Positions 1 through 9,201 of a stretch of 64,000 bases of DNA are shown in pieces. Where the stretch lies: assembly GCA_963695095.1 (NCBI GenBank), contig CAVOFT010000001.1, positions 1,632,001 to 1,696,000 on the forward strand, written 5' to 3'. Origin of the DNA: an uncultured bacterium (GTDB lineage Bacteria; Krumholzibacteriota; Krumholzibacteriia; JACNKJ01). Position 1 is the stretch's first letter. The number at the start of each line of letters is the position of its first letter. The notes beneath the pieces were generated by a model. It did not search any database. It was not told the DNA's origin and saw only the letters and a program-made list of their open reading frames with translations. The position numbers and the translations under genes are program-made.

Positions 1-1
1 T

Positions 2-871
2 CCCTTCGAGTTCAACGTCGAGCGCCTGGCCGCCAAGCTGGAGCAGCTGCCGGACTGGTTCCGCGCCGACGAGTACCAGATCGCCTCCGTCGAGGAGCTG
101 GCCGGGTTCTTCTGGCTGGATGCGGCGGGCATGGCGCGCATGATCGGCGCCGAGCAGCGCATCAACCGGGATGACCTGCACTTCTTCGACAAGCAATCCG
201 CCGTGCGGCCGGCGCCACCGGCGCTGCAGCTGCCGCGCTTCCAGTGCAGCGCCCTGCCGCATCTGCGCGGGGCCAGCGAGGCCCAGCTGCCGGCCATCCG
301 CCTGCGCCAGCGCCTGGCGGGACATCTCGCGAACTTCGCCTTCTTCGGCAGCAAGCCGGACCTCTACAGCGCCTACTGCCTGCTGCCCACGGAGGGCAAC
401 GCGCAGTTCTGGATGAACCGCGAGTTCGCGGAGAATCCGCCTGCGCCGGAGGCCTTCTGCCGGGAGCGGGAGATCGCGGACTATCGGGCCCTGCTGAAGA
501 GCCACCCGGAGAACTTCCTCGCGCTCAACGCGCTCGCCGATCTGCTCGGACAGGCCGGCCGCCTGGCGGAGGCCCTGCCGCTGGCCGACGAGGCGGCTCG
601 CCTGGCGCCGGACAACGGGATGGTGCTGGACACCAAGGGCTGGCTGCACTTCCAAAGCGGCGACCTGGCCCAGGCCCTCGCGGTGCTCGCGCGCGCCGAT
701 GCGCAGCTGCCGGATCATCCCATCGTGCTCTATCACCTGGGGGCGGCGCGGCTGGCGGCAGGCGAGCGGGCGGCGGGCCGCCGGCTCCTCGAGCGTGCGC
801 TGGCGCTTGGCGCCGACTTCGAAGGCGCCGCCGACGCCCGGCGCCTGCTGGCCGGCGCCACCGAGCGCTGA
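2..871 (+). CDS. 5'-truncated protein with C-terminal TPRs; probably the end of a spermidine-synthase-like fusion protein
   Basis: Frame is open from the window edge. TPR helices are clear (ALNALADLL..., VLDTKGWLHFQSGD, VLYHLGAA). The INRDD..FF segment resembles the NTDD motif of MFS/spermidine synthase fusions. Confidence 0.6.
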   Translation, partial: PFEFNVERLAAKLEQLPDWFRADEYQIASVEELAGFFWLDAAGMARMIGAEQRINRDDLHFFDKQSAVRPAPPALQLPRFQCSALPHLRGASEAQLPAIRLRQRLAGHLANFAFFGSKPDLYSAYCLLPTEGNAQFWMNREFAENPPAPEAFCREREIADYRALLKSHPENFLALNALADLLGQAGRLAEALPLADEAARLAPDNGMVLDTKGWLHFQSGDLAQALAVLARADAQLPDHPIVLYHLGAARLAAGERAAGRRLLERALALGADFEGAADARRLLAGATER

Positions 872-902
872 GCGCCGGCGAGGCCGGCAAGAAAGGAAGG
901 CC

Positions 903-1331
903 ATGCGCGCGCTGACCTCTGGGAAGCCCCTGCACGCCGACTTCGGGCTGCTCCTGCTCCGCCTGGGGCTGGGCGGCAGCCTGCTCATCTTTCATGGCTG
1001 GGACAAGCTGGTGGGCGGGCCCACGCTCTGGGCAAGGCTCGGAGCCAGCATGGCGAATCTGGGCGTTCACTTCTGGCCCACGGCCTGGGGCTTCGCGGCC
1101 GCTTCCGCGGAGAGCCTGGGCTCTCTGCTGCTCATCCTGGGCCTGTGGACCCGGCCCGCGGCAGCGCTGATCGCCTGCACGCTCTTCGTCGCCGTGCTCA
1201 GGCATCTCAACCTGCCGCCCGAGATCGCAGGCGCTGGCTGGAAGGGCGCCTCGCATGCGCTTGAATTGCTCGCGGCCGCCCTTTGCGTCTTCTTCGCGGG
1301 GCCGGGGAAGCTCTCGCTGTCGCCGCGCTGA
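903..1331 (+). CDS. DoxX family membrane protein
   Basis: GLLLLRLGLG...HGWDKL, AESLGSLLLILGLWTRPAA and GPGKLSL motifs; purine-rich RBS before ATG 903. Confidence 0.85.
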   Translation: MRALTSGKPLHADFGLLLLRLGLGGSLLIFHGWDKLVGGPTLWARLGASMANLGVHFWPTAWGFAAASAESLGSLLLILGLWTRPAAALIACTLFVAVLRHLNLPPEIAGAGWKGASHALELLAAALCVFFAGPGKLSLSPR

Positions 1332-1358
1332 GCGCGGGGGCGAAGTGCGGCGCCGAGG

Positions 1359-1433
1359 CGTCCCCAACGGGATTCGAACCCGTGTCGCCAGATTGAAAAT
1401 CTGGTGTCCTGGACCTGGCTAGACGATGGGGAC
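1359..1433 (-). tRNA. tRNA-Glu (TTC), CCA not encoded
   Basis: Reverse complement GTCCCCATCGTCTAG...CCAGA TT TTC AA TCTGG...GGTTCGAATCC...TGGGGACG folds into a cloverleaf. Confidence 0.96.
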
Positions 1434-1464
1434 GGGCCAGCGCCTTACGGCGCGAGGCGCGGGC

Positions 1465-1493
1465 ACTCTAGCAATCGGCTCCCGACTTGTCAA
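1465..1493 (-). promoter_or_regulatory. sigma70-type promoter for tRNA-Glu
   Basis: TTGACA-N17-TAGAGT with a TG extended -10, about 30 nt upstream of the tRNA. Confidence 0.75.
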
Positions 1494-1678
1494 CGCGACC
1501 CGATCGCGGGCTGACAGCGACTTCAGGCCCCTGAATTCCGTCGGGCCAGATCCGCTGGCCAAGCGCGTGCGAGATGTCGGCGGAGTTCGTATATTGTCCG
1601 CAGCCGGCCTGGAGCAGCGCTGCCGGGCAGACGCTCCTCGCGGACACCCATCGTCGCCGGCACCCCATTCCATACTGC

Positions 1679-2284
1679 ATGCGAAAGCGAGGTACGAAGA
1701 TCCGCAAACACTACGCTCTCCTGACCCTCCTGGTGCTGATCGGCGCTGGCGCCACCGAGGCGGCGACTTACAGCATCGATGCCGCCCACTCCAGCGTCGG
1801 CTTCGTCGCCCGCCACATGGTGGTCAGCAAGGTCCGCGGTCACTTCGACAGCTTCGAGGGCAGCTTCGACTTCGTCGAGGGGCAGCCCGCCGCCTGGAAG
1901 GCCCAGGCCACGATCCAGGCCGCTTCGGTGAACACCGGCAACGAGAAGCGCGACACCCACCTGCGCAGCCCGGATTTCTTTGCCGCCGAGGAGTTCCCCA
2001 CCCTCAACTTCACCGCGACGGGCGTGGAGATGAAGGGCGAGAGCTATCTGCTCAAGGGCCAGCTCACCCTGCGTGGCGTGACCAAGCCCATCGTCCTCAC
2101 GCTCGAGTACTTCGGCAGCATCCAGGATCCCTGGGGCAACGAGCGCGCCGGCTTCAGCGCCAAGGGCACGCTCAATCGCAGGGACTTCGGTCTGAGCTGG
2201 AGCAACCTCCTCGAGACGGGCGGCGCCGTCGTCGGCGACGAAATCGCCATCGAGATCGAGGTGGAAGGCGTCCACAAGCCCTAG
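1679..2284 (+). CDS. yceI: YceI family periplasmic polyisoprenoid-binding protein (start uncertain)
   Basis: Signal peptide, then YSIDAAHSSVGF, RDTHLRSPDFF, GQLTLRGVTKPI, DPWGNERAGF, NRRDFG. Confidence 0.92.
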   Translation: MRKRGTKIRKHYALLTLLVLIGAGATEAATYSIDAAHSSVGFVARHMVVSKVRGHFDSFEGSFDFVEGQPAAWKAQATIQAASVNTGNEKRDTHLRSPDFFAAEEFPTLNFTATGVEMKGESYLLKGQLTLRGVTKPIVLTLEYFGSIQDPWGNERAGFSAKGTLNRRDFGLSWSNLLETGGAVVGDEIAIEIEVEGVHKP

Positions 2285-2312
2285 CCTGTCTACACCTGTG
2301 CGCTGCATCAGT

Positions 2313-2340
2313 GAAGCCCGGGCCCTACGGCTCGGGCTTC
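2313..2340. terminator. hairpin between convergent genes
   Basis: GAAGCCCGGGCC-CTAC-GGCTCGGGCTTC; weak U-tracts. Confidence 0.55.
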
Positions 2341-2365
2341 CGTGTTGCCGCCGGCAGGCGCCGCG

Positions 2366-3310
2366 CTAGTCGTCCCGGCTCAGGCGGGCGAGGCGCTCCA
2401 GGCGCGCCTCTTCATTGGCCTGCAACCAGGGATCGGCGGCCAGCAGGGCCTGCGCGCGCGCGAAGTAGGGCTTGGCCTCGCCGCTCCGCTCTAGCGCCAG
2501 GAGCAGCTCGGCCAGCTCCTCGTAGACGTAGCCATCGCCCTCGCTCCCCGCAGCTGCCCACTGCTGCTCGAGATCGCGCTGCATGGCGAGTGCCTCCTCG
2601 AGCCGGCCCAGGGAGCGCAGGCAACGGCCGACGCACCACGCAGCGATGCGCAGCTCCGGCTGCTTGCCCTGCTGGCGACGGTAATCCAGGGCCTGCTGAA
2701 AGAGCTCGAGCGCGCGCGCAGGGTCGCCGGCATCGTGATAGCTCCAGCCCGTGTTGTTGAGCAGGGAACCGAGCCAGCCGCGCGCTCGCTCGTCCTTGCT
2801 CGCCCGCGCCATCTCGATGGCCTCGAGGTTCCAGGCGAGGCCCGCCTCGGCGCCGGCCGCGATGCCCAGCATGTGGGCGGCATCCACCGCATAGAAGTCC
2901 AGCTTGCGGGCACGGGCCGCGTCGAGGGCGGCCTGGAAATGGGGGAGCGAGGCTGCCTGATTTCCCTCGGAGTTGAGCACGCGGCCGCGCTCGAGCTGCA
3001 AGCGCACGGCCGCGGTGCCCGCGCGGCCGGCCAGCAGGTGCTCGGCCTCGCCGAGGGTGCGGCGGGCGTCATCGAAGCGGCGCTGGAGGCCCTGACAGCG
3101 CGCGATCTGCGTGAGCAACTGGGCGTGCAGGTCCGGGTCGCCGGCGGCGCTGGCTGCCGGCAGCAGTTCGCGAAAGCGCGCCTCGGTACCCGCGGGGTCG
3201 CCGTAGTTCCACAGCTGGTCGAAATCGGCCACTGCCATTGCTGCCTCCTCGGCCCGGCCCGCACCGGCGAGTGCCAGGGTGAAGGTGATCAGAAGCAGGC
3301 GGCGCCTCAT
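2366..3310 (-). CDS. exported tetratricopeptide repeat protein
   Basis: Signal peptide MRRRLLLITFTLALAGAGRA; TPR helices (GSLLNNTGWSYHDAGDPARALELFQQAL); ATGA overlap with the upstream peptidase. Confidence 0.8.
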   Translation of the reverse strand: MRRRLLLITFTLALAGAGRAEEAAMAVADFDQLWNYGDPAGTEARFRELLPAASAAGDPDLHAQLLTQIARCQGLQRRFDDARRTLGEAEHLLAGRAGTAAVRLQLERGRVLNSEGNQAASLPHFQAALDAARARKLDFYAVDAAHMLGIAAGAEAGLAWNLEAIEMARASKDERARGWLGSLLNNTGWSYHDAGDPARALELFQQALDYRRQQGKQPELRIAAWCVGRCLRSLGRLEEALAMQRDLEQQWAAAGSEGDGYVYEELAELLLALERSGEAKPYFARAQALLAADPWLQANEEARLERLARLSRDD

Positions 3311-5373
3311 CCACGTCCCCTCGGCGAGCGATCCAGCCAGCGCTCGAGCCAGGCGGCGATTTCGCCGTACCAGTGGCAACTCGCGCGCGGCTTGAGGATC
3401 CAGTGGTTCTCGTCCGGGTAGAGCACCAGGCGGGCGGGCAGCTTCATCGCCTTGTAGACGTTGTAGATCTCCACGCCCTGGCTGTAGGGGACGCGGTAGT
3501 CCCGCTCGCCGTGCAGCACGAGCATGGGGCTGGCGAAGCCGGCGGCATGGCGCATCGGGTTGTAGCGGTCCAGGCCGGCGAGGTCGTCCCAGGGTTCGCC
3601 GCCCATCGACCGCCGCCGGCCCTGCGTGATGTCGGAGGCGTACTGGGACTGCAGATCGCTGACACCGGCGTGATTGACCAGGCAGGCGAAGCGCTGCGTG
3701 CGCGCGGCGATCCAGGCGATCAGGTAGCCGCCGTAGGAGCCGCCGGCCGCCGCCAAGCGCGCGGGATCGGCCAGGCCCTCGGCGATGAGCAGATCGGTGG
3801 CCGCCATCACGTCGTCGTAGGGCTGGTCGCCCCAGCGGCCGAGGATGGAGGCGGCGAAGGCCTGGCCCCAGCCGGTCGAGCCGTGGAAGTTCACGCAGGC
3901 GCAGAGGCGGCCGCCGGCGGCAAAGAGCTGGGCGTTCCAGCGCCAGTGCCACTGGTCGCCGAAGTTGCCGTGCGGCCCGCCATGCACGAGCTGGAGCAAG
4001 GGGCGCTGGCGCCGCCGCGGTCCCGGTGGGTGGATGAGGAACATCTGCACGCGCCGCCCGCCGGCGCCGGCAAAGCGGCGCTCCTCGACCTTGCCCAGGT
4101 TGCGTGTCGAGAGCAAGGGCTCGGTGAAGCCGCTGGCGCGGCGTCCCCGCCGCCCTTCGCCGTCGCAGACGAAGAGCTCGGGCGGCTCGCTCAGGCTCGA
4201 GTGGTTGAGGAAGAGCCGCCCGCCCGCGGCCGCTAGACCGGCGAAGCTGCCGCCGCGACGCAGGCGCCGGGGCGTCACCTGACCGCGGCGCCTGGCCGCG
4301 GCCATTCCGATGGCGTAGAGCGCGCTGCGCCCCGCTTCTTCTGCAAGCAGCAGGATGCGCCGGCCCGCCGGGTCGAAGAGCCAGCCCTCGGCCGAGCGGT
4401 CCCAGGCCTCGGTGAGCACCTGCTCGCTGCCCCGCGCGCGATCGCGCAGCACGAGGCGAATGCGGTCGGCGTAGAAATCGACCTCGCGGCGGCCGCCATA
4501 GAGGAGGCTGCGGCCATCGGGCGAGTAGCGGGGCCGCCGCGCGCCCCCGCGCCAGCTTCGGCCCAGCTCGCGTGGGCGGCTCGCGAGCAGGCGGCCGCGG
4601 CTGGCCGGACGCAACTTCACGGTGAAGACGCCCCAGCGCAGGGGGTCATGGGGCTCCTCGCTGGCGCAGGCCGAGAAGGCCAGTTCGCGGCCGTCAGGGG
4701 CGATGTCGTACTCGCCGACGGGGTCCATGGGATCGAACCAGCGCCGCGAGTCGGGCGTGAGATCGCTGATCGCGCCGCTGGCGAGATCGAGGCAGAGCAC
4801 ATGATGATGGCGCCGGGTCTCCAGCCAGTGATCCCAGTAGCGGTAGACCCGGCTCTCGCTCACGCGCACCGGGGCCGGGCTCTCGTCCTCCACCTTGCGC
4901 AGGGCGGCCGCACCGGCGACACCGGGGGCGGCCGCCGACATCTCGCTCAGGAAGGCCACCCGCCGGCCATCGGGGAACCAGCGCGGATCGACGACGCCGA
5001 AGGGCAGGTCCGTGAGGCGCTCGGCCTCGCCGCCGTCCAGGCGCAGCTGGTAGAGCTGCGGTCGGTCGCCGAAGCTGCCCACGCCGGCCCCGGGGCTGCG
5101 CAGGAAGAGCAGGCTCCTGCCGTCGGGACTCCAGACGGGCTGGCGGCAGTCCGTGTCCGCGGCGCTGAGGGGCCGGGCCGGATCGCGCGGACCGCCGGCG
5201 CCCGCCGCCCGCGCCCCCGCAGGGAGCAGCCAGAGGCGACTGCGGCCGCTGTTGTCCACCAGCGAATAGCGGGTGACCGGCAGCACCACCCACTCGCCGT
5301 CGGGGGAGGGGGCGGGCAGGCCCACCCGGGGCAGTTGCCAGAGATCTTCACAGCTCAATGCGGGCAGGGCCAT
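3307..5373 (-). CDS. S9 family (prolyl oligopeptidase / dipeptidyl-peptidase 5-like) serine peptidase
   Basis: WSPDG propeller repeats, VHGGPH, catalytic GGSYGG, HGERDYRV, YPDENH. Confidence 0.93.
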   Translation of the reverse strand: MALPALSCEDLWQLPRVGLPAPSPDGEWVVLPVTRYSLVDNSGRSRLWLLPAGARAAGAGGPRDPARPLSAADTDCRQPVWSPDGRSLLFLRSPGAGVGSFGDRPQLYQLRLDGGEAERLTDLPFGVVDPRWFPDGRRVAFLSEMSAAAPGVAGAAALRKVEDESPAPVRVSESRVYRYWDHWLETRRHHHVLCLDLASGAISDLTPDSRRWFDPMDPVGEYDIAPDGRELAFSACASEEPHDPLRWGVFTVKLRPASRGRLLASRPRELGRSWRGGARRPRYSPDGRSLLYGGRREVDFYADRIRLVLRDRARGSEQVLTEAWDRSAEGWLFDPAGRRILLLAEEAGRSALYAIGMAAARRRGQVTPRRLRRGGSFAGLAAAGGRLFLNHSSLSEPPELFVCDGEGRRGRRASGFTEPLLSTRNLGKVEERRFAGAGGRRVQMFLIHPPGPRRRQRPLLQLVHGGPHGNFGDQWHWRWNAQLFAAGGRLCACVNFHGSTGWGQAFAASILGRWGDQPYDDVMAATDLLIAEGLADPARLAAAGGSYGGYLIAWIAARTQRFACLVNHAGVSDLQSQYASDITQGRRRSMGGEPWDDLAGLDRYNPMRHAAGFASPMLVLHGERDYRVPYSQGVEIYNVYKAMKLPARLVLYPDENHWILKPRASCHWYGEIAAWLERWLDRSPRGRG

Positions 5374-5537
5374 GCGGACTCCTTCGCCGTGACGGGCGGC
5401 CCAGCAATCGAGCCGCTTGGCGTGAGGGGAGCCGCGACTATAGACCAGGAACCGGCGGGGCGCCAGGGGGGCTTCTCGCCGGCCGGCGTCTGCGCTAGAC
5501 TGCAGAGCCGCGACAGCGCTCTTCCTCGGGAGGACTC

Positions 5538-6143
5538 ATGACCGCCAGTTCCACTGCCCCGGGCCGCCACGAGGCCTGGGCCCTGCTCTGCGCCCATACG
5601 CCCACCGATGCCCTGCGCAAGCATGCCCTCGCGGTCGAGGCCGTGATGCGCCACTTCGCCCCGCGCTACGGCGGCGATCCGGACACCTGGGGCGCGGTCG
5701 GCCTGGTCCATGACCTGGACTACGATCTGCATCCGGACGAGCACTGCCGGCATACGCCGCGCCTGCTCGCGGAAGCCGGCTGGCCGGAGCCGCTCATCCG
5801 GGCCGTGCTCAGTCACGGCTGGGGCACCTGCACGGATGTGGAACCGCTGAGCGACATGGAGCGCGTGCTCTTCGCGGTCGACGAGTTGACCGGACTCATC
5901 GCGGCCACGGCGCTGGTGCGGCCCAGCCGCAGCCTGCTGGACACGACGGCGTCCTCCGTGCGCAAGAAGTGGAAGAACGCGCGCTTCGCCGCCGGCGTGG
6001 ACCGGGCGCTGATCGAGCGCGGGGCCGCAGGCCTGGGCCTGTCCCTGGACACCTTGATCGCCGAGACCCTGGCCGGCATGCAGCCGGCCGCCGAGGCCCT
6101 GGGTCTGGCGGGCGCGGCGGGCGCGACGGGGGCCGAAGCATGA
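5538..6143 (+). CDS. HD/HDIG-domain metal-dependent phosphohydrolase
   Basis: LRKHALAVEAVMR, GLVHDLDY, AVLSHG, AVDELTGLI, FAAGVDR; GGAGG RBS. Confidence 0.88.
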   Translation: MTASSTAPGRHEAWALLCAHTPTDALRKHALAVEAVMRHFAPRYGGDPDTWGAVGLVHDLDYDLHPDEHCRHTPRLLAEAGWPEPLIRAVLSHGWGTCTDVEPLSDMERVLFAVDELTGLIAATALVRPSRSLLDTTASSVRKKWKNARFAAGVDRALIERGAAGLGLSLDTLIAETLAGMQPAAEALGLAGAAGATGAEA

Positions 6144-6403
6144 GCGCGGAGCCCGGCGGCGGCGACTGCCCCAATTGCCTGAGCGCGCTGGAGCCCGACC
6201 CCGCCGAGGCGGCCATCTGGCGCTGTCCGGTCTGCCAGTTCGCGCAGCGCTCCTGTCCCACCTGCGGCGGCGAGATGTGGAAGCAGGTGGAGGCCCCCCC
6301 CGACCTGGCCATCGAGGCGGCCGGCCTGCCGCTGGGCGCCTGCGAGGTGCTCTGGATCTGCCGCGCGCCGGACTGCGGCGCCCGCCTCGAGGCCGAGCTC
6401 TAG
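6140..6403 (+). CDS. small double zinc-ribbon protein (87 aa)
   Basis: ATGA overlap with the HD gene; CPNC, CPVC, CPTC and CRAPDC cysteine pairs. Confidence 0.7.
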   Translation: MSAEPGGGDCPNCLSALEPDPAEAAIWRCPVCQFAQRSCPTCGGEMWKQVEAPPDLAIEAAGLPLGACEVLWICRAPDCGARLEAEL

Positions 6404-6548
6404 GCCCCGCCGACCCTGCTCCGGAGCCGGGCGCCCGCCGGGGCGCGCTCCGCTCGAGTGGGCGGGACCAGGGCGGCCGGTCTGTGCTAGACTTGTGGCG
6501 CGACGCCCCGCGAGGGCGACATCCTCGAGCCCGCACCCCGGAGCCGCC

Positions 6549-9095
6549 GTGCGCCGCCTGCTCCTCAGCTTGCTCGTGCTCGGCCTGGCCGCTACCGCCG
6601 CGGCCGCGCCCCGCGACTACGCGGAGCTGCATCCACGCATCCTGGTCGATGCGGCCCTGCTCGCCGCGCTCCCGGATTCGATCGCCGCCGATCCCGTCAA
6701 GGCCCTGGTCTGGTCCGACATGCTGAACACGGCCGAGATCTACCAGCATGTGCCGGTGGAGATCGTCTTCGGCAGCAGCTTTGGCTTCACGACCGCCCCC
6801 TTGCTCGCGCTGTCGGCTCTGCTCGCCGACGAACCGGTGGCCGGCGCGGTCACCCAGAAGCTGCTCGACGCCACGCGTCTGCTGATCGAGAGCCAGAGCG
6901 TCTGGGGCAGCGGCGACGAGCTGTCGGCGGCAGTCCGCCTGCGCACGCTCCTGACCATGTACGACCTGGCCTTCGCCACGGCCGACAGCCAGCTCACCGC
7001 GGATCTGCTCGGCGAAGTGCGCGATTACATCCGGACGATGAGCACGGACTTCGTCTTCACGCGCGGCCTCTACAATCCCTACTGCAGCAACCACAGCATC
7101 GCCATCGGCGCCACCTTGATCCACGCGGAGCTCTGCCTGCGCGACGACTGGCCGGGGGACACGGATCTCGCCCTCGCTCGCAGCGTGGGCGAGGCGCTGG
7201 TCGCCAAGGGCCTCGCGGATCTGCTGGGAGCGGACGGCAGCTTCGCGGAGGGCGGGCTGTACCTGGCCTACTGCTTTCGCCTGCTGGTGCCGGTCTGGGA
7301 GGCCGCGCGCCGCCTCGATGGCGTCGAACTCTGGAACGAGGCCAAGGTGAGGGCCGCGCTCGAGTGGGCGGCCTACATGCTGGTGCCGGAGGGGGGCACC
7401 TGCCTGAATCGCAACGATTGCTCGGAGAGCAGCCGCCCCTTCGCCCTGCACACCACCCTCTGGGAGTGGGCGCAGTCGGCCCTGCCCGATCCCCGTTTCG
7501 CGCGGTGGATGCAGGACACGATCAGTGGACCGCATGGCTTCTACTTCGGCAGCGTGAGCGACCTGCCCGCGACCCTGCTCTGGCATCGCGCCGGTCCGCA
7601 GCGGGCGCCCGGGGAGTTCCTGCCTCCCGAACGCACTTTCCCCGATCAGGGGCTCTACGTCTACCGGCGCGGCTGGCCGCGCGATCCCCTGGCCGAGAGC
7701 CTGCAGTTCACCCTGCAGGCCGGCAAGTTCTGGGGGGGGCACTGGCAGGAGGACGTCGGCCACTTCACCCTGCGCGCCTTCGGTGAGGCCTTCGGCATGG
7801 ACCACGGCCCGGGGGCTGCCGCAGTGGAGACGGAAGCCCACAGCTTGCCGCTGGTCGATGGCCGGGGGCAGCACAATGCCGGCGCCAGCATCGGCACGGA
7901 CGGCACGCTCGAAGTGCGCGTGGACCGCGGCTTCTGCCGCGTGCTGCGGGCGGACATGGCGCCGGCCTACAGCGGGCACTCCCCCTTCAACGATCCCGAC
8001 TATCCGCTGCCCGGCACGGACTGGTCCTGGGGCTACGATGGCGGCAACCCGCTGGCGCGCGCCGACCGCTGGGTGATCCTGCTGCCCGGCAACGAGCCCG
8101 CAATGCCCGTCTTCTACCTGCTCGACGACCTGCGCAAGGACGGCGCCGCGCACACCTTCGCGTGGCGCTTGCAGCATGCCCTGAACCTGAGCCTGGGCGT
8201 GGCCGGCGAGCGCTACACCCTGACGGGCGCGCAGGGCCGTCTGGAAGCCGATCTGCTCTGGCCGGCGCCGGCGGCCGTGACCTGGAGCGAGGCGGTCTAC
8301 GACAACGGGACCAACGAGCCCGACAGCCGGACCCTGAGCGTCGTGCAGAGCGCCATCGACGGCCGCTTCCTCTGGCAGCTCGAGCCGCTGGCGCCCGGTG
8401 TGCCCAGTCGACCGCTCGCCGTCCAGCGCTTTGCGGACGGCCTGCGCGCGAGCAGCGGCGAGAGCACTGGAATTCGCCGGGATTTCGTCGCCGGCTGGGA
8501 TGCGATCCTCAGCGAGCCGGGCCTGGTGCTGGCCGGCCGCTTCGGGCTCCGTGAGCAGAGACCGGGCGGCGTGGCGCGCTCGCTGCTCGTCGACGGCTAC
8601 GAGCTGCGCCTGGACGAACAGCTCTACATCGGCATGTATCCGGCGGGCTGGGCGGTAGCGGACAGCGACACGGTCTGGCTCTCCGGCCCGGAGCACGATT
8701 TCCTGATCTATGCGCCGGCCGCCACCGCCGTCATGGCCGGTGAGCTCGCGCTGCCCTTCGCGCGCGAGGGCGACTACGTCCGTCGCGGCGACTGGACCGC
8801 CCTGCCGGGGCCGCCGCCTGCCGCCGCGGCCTCCTGGCGCCTGGCCGCCACCGGCGGCGCGCAGCCGCAGCTGGCCCTGGCCGGGCCCGGCGCCGCCCAG
8901 GTCAGCCTGGAGCTCTTCGACCTGCAGGGGCGCCGCGTGCGCCGCCTCCTCGACGGCGCGCTGCCTGCGGGCGAGCGCCGCCTCGTCTGGGACGGCGCCG
9001 ACGAGCGCGGCCGTCGCTGCGCCGCTGGCCTCTACTTCGCCCGACTGACGGCGGCGGGAACCCGCCGCGAGGCGCGCGTGCTCCTTCTGCGCTAG
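6549..9095 (+). CDS. secreted heparinase II/III-like polysaccharide lyase with C-terminal FlgD-like sorting domain
   Basis: Signal peptide; NH, GSFAEGGLY, HWQEDVGHFTL, TEAHSLPLVDG motifs; tail LFDLQGRRVRRL...WDGADERG...GLYFARL. Confidence 0.75.
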   Translation: MRRLLLSLLVLGLAATAAAAPRDYAELHPRILVDAALLAALPDSIAADPVKALVWSDMLNTAEIYQHVPVEIVFGSSFGFTTAPLLALSALLADEPVAGAVTQKLLDATRLLIESQSVWGSGDELSAAVRLRTLLTMYDLAFATADSQLTADLLGEVRDYIRTMSTDFVFTRGLYNPYCSNHSIAIGATLIHAELCLRDDWPGDTDLALARSVGEALVAKGLADLLGADGSFAEGGLYLAYCFRLLVPVWEAARRLDGVELWNEAKVRAALEWAAYMLVPEGGTCLNRNDCSESSRPFALHTTLWEWAQSALPDPRFARWMQDTISGPHGFYFGSVSDLPATLLWHRAGPQRAPGEFLPPERTFPDQGLYVYRRGWPRDPLAESLQFTLQAGKFWGGHWQEDVGHFTLRAFGEAFGMDHGPGAAAVETEAHSLPLVDGRGQHNAGASIGTDGTLEVRVDRGFCRVLRADMAPAYSGHSPFNDPDYPLPGTDWSWGYDGGNPLARADRWVILLPGNEPAMPVFYLLDDLRKDGAAHTFAWRLQHALNLSLGVAGERYTLTGAQGRLEADLLWPAPAAVTWSEAVYDNGTNEPDSRTLSVVQSAIDGRFLWQLEPLAPGVPSRPLAVQRFADGLRASSGESTGIRRDFVAGWDAILSEPGLVLAGRFGLREQRPGGVARSLLVDGYELRLDEQLYIGMYPAGWAVADSDTVWLSGPEHDFLIYAPAATAVMAGELALPFAREGDYVRRGDWTALPGPPPAAAASWRLAATGGAQPQLALAGPGAAQVSLELFDLQGRRVRRLLDGALPAGERRLVWDGADERGRRCAAGLYFARLTAAGTRREARVLLLR

Positions 9096-9110
9096 GCGAT
9101 CGGGTCGGGC

Positions 9111-9139
9111 TTGCCAGCGACCGGGCGCCTCGGTACATT
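9111..9139 (+). promoter_or_regulatory. sigma70-type promoter
   Basis: TTGCCA-N17-TACATT upstream of the dehydrogenase. Confidence 0.55.
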
Positions 9140-9201
9140 GCACGGCGTCTGACTACCCTTCCGCTCCCGCAATCACCCCGCCCCTATTCAGGAGGAACAG
9201 A

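Noticed and set aside
1359..1433. tRNA-Glu as an island integration site
   Set aside because: No integrase or duplicated tRNA 3' end seen; flanking genes are ordinary
5355..9143. 1262-aa minus-strand ORF
   Set aside because: Antisense shadow of three motif-bearing plus-strand genes; expected at high GC
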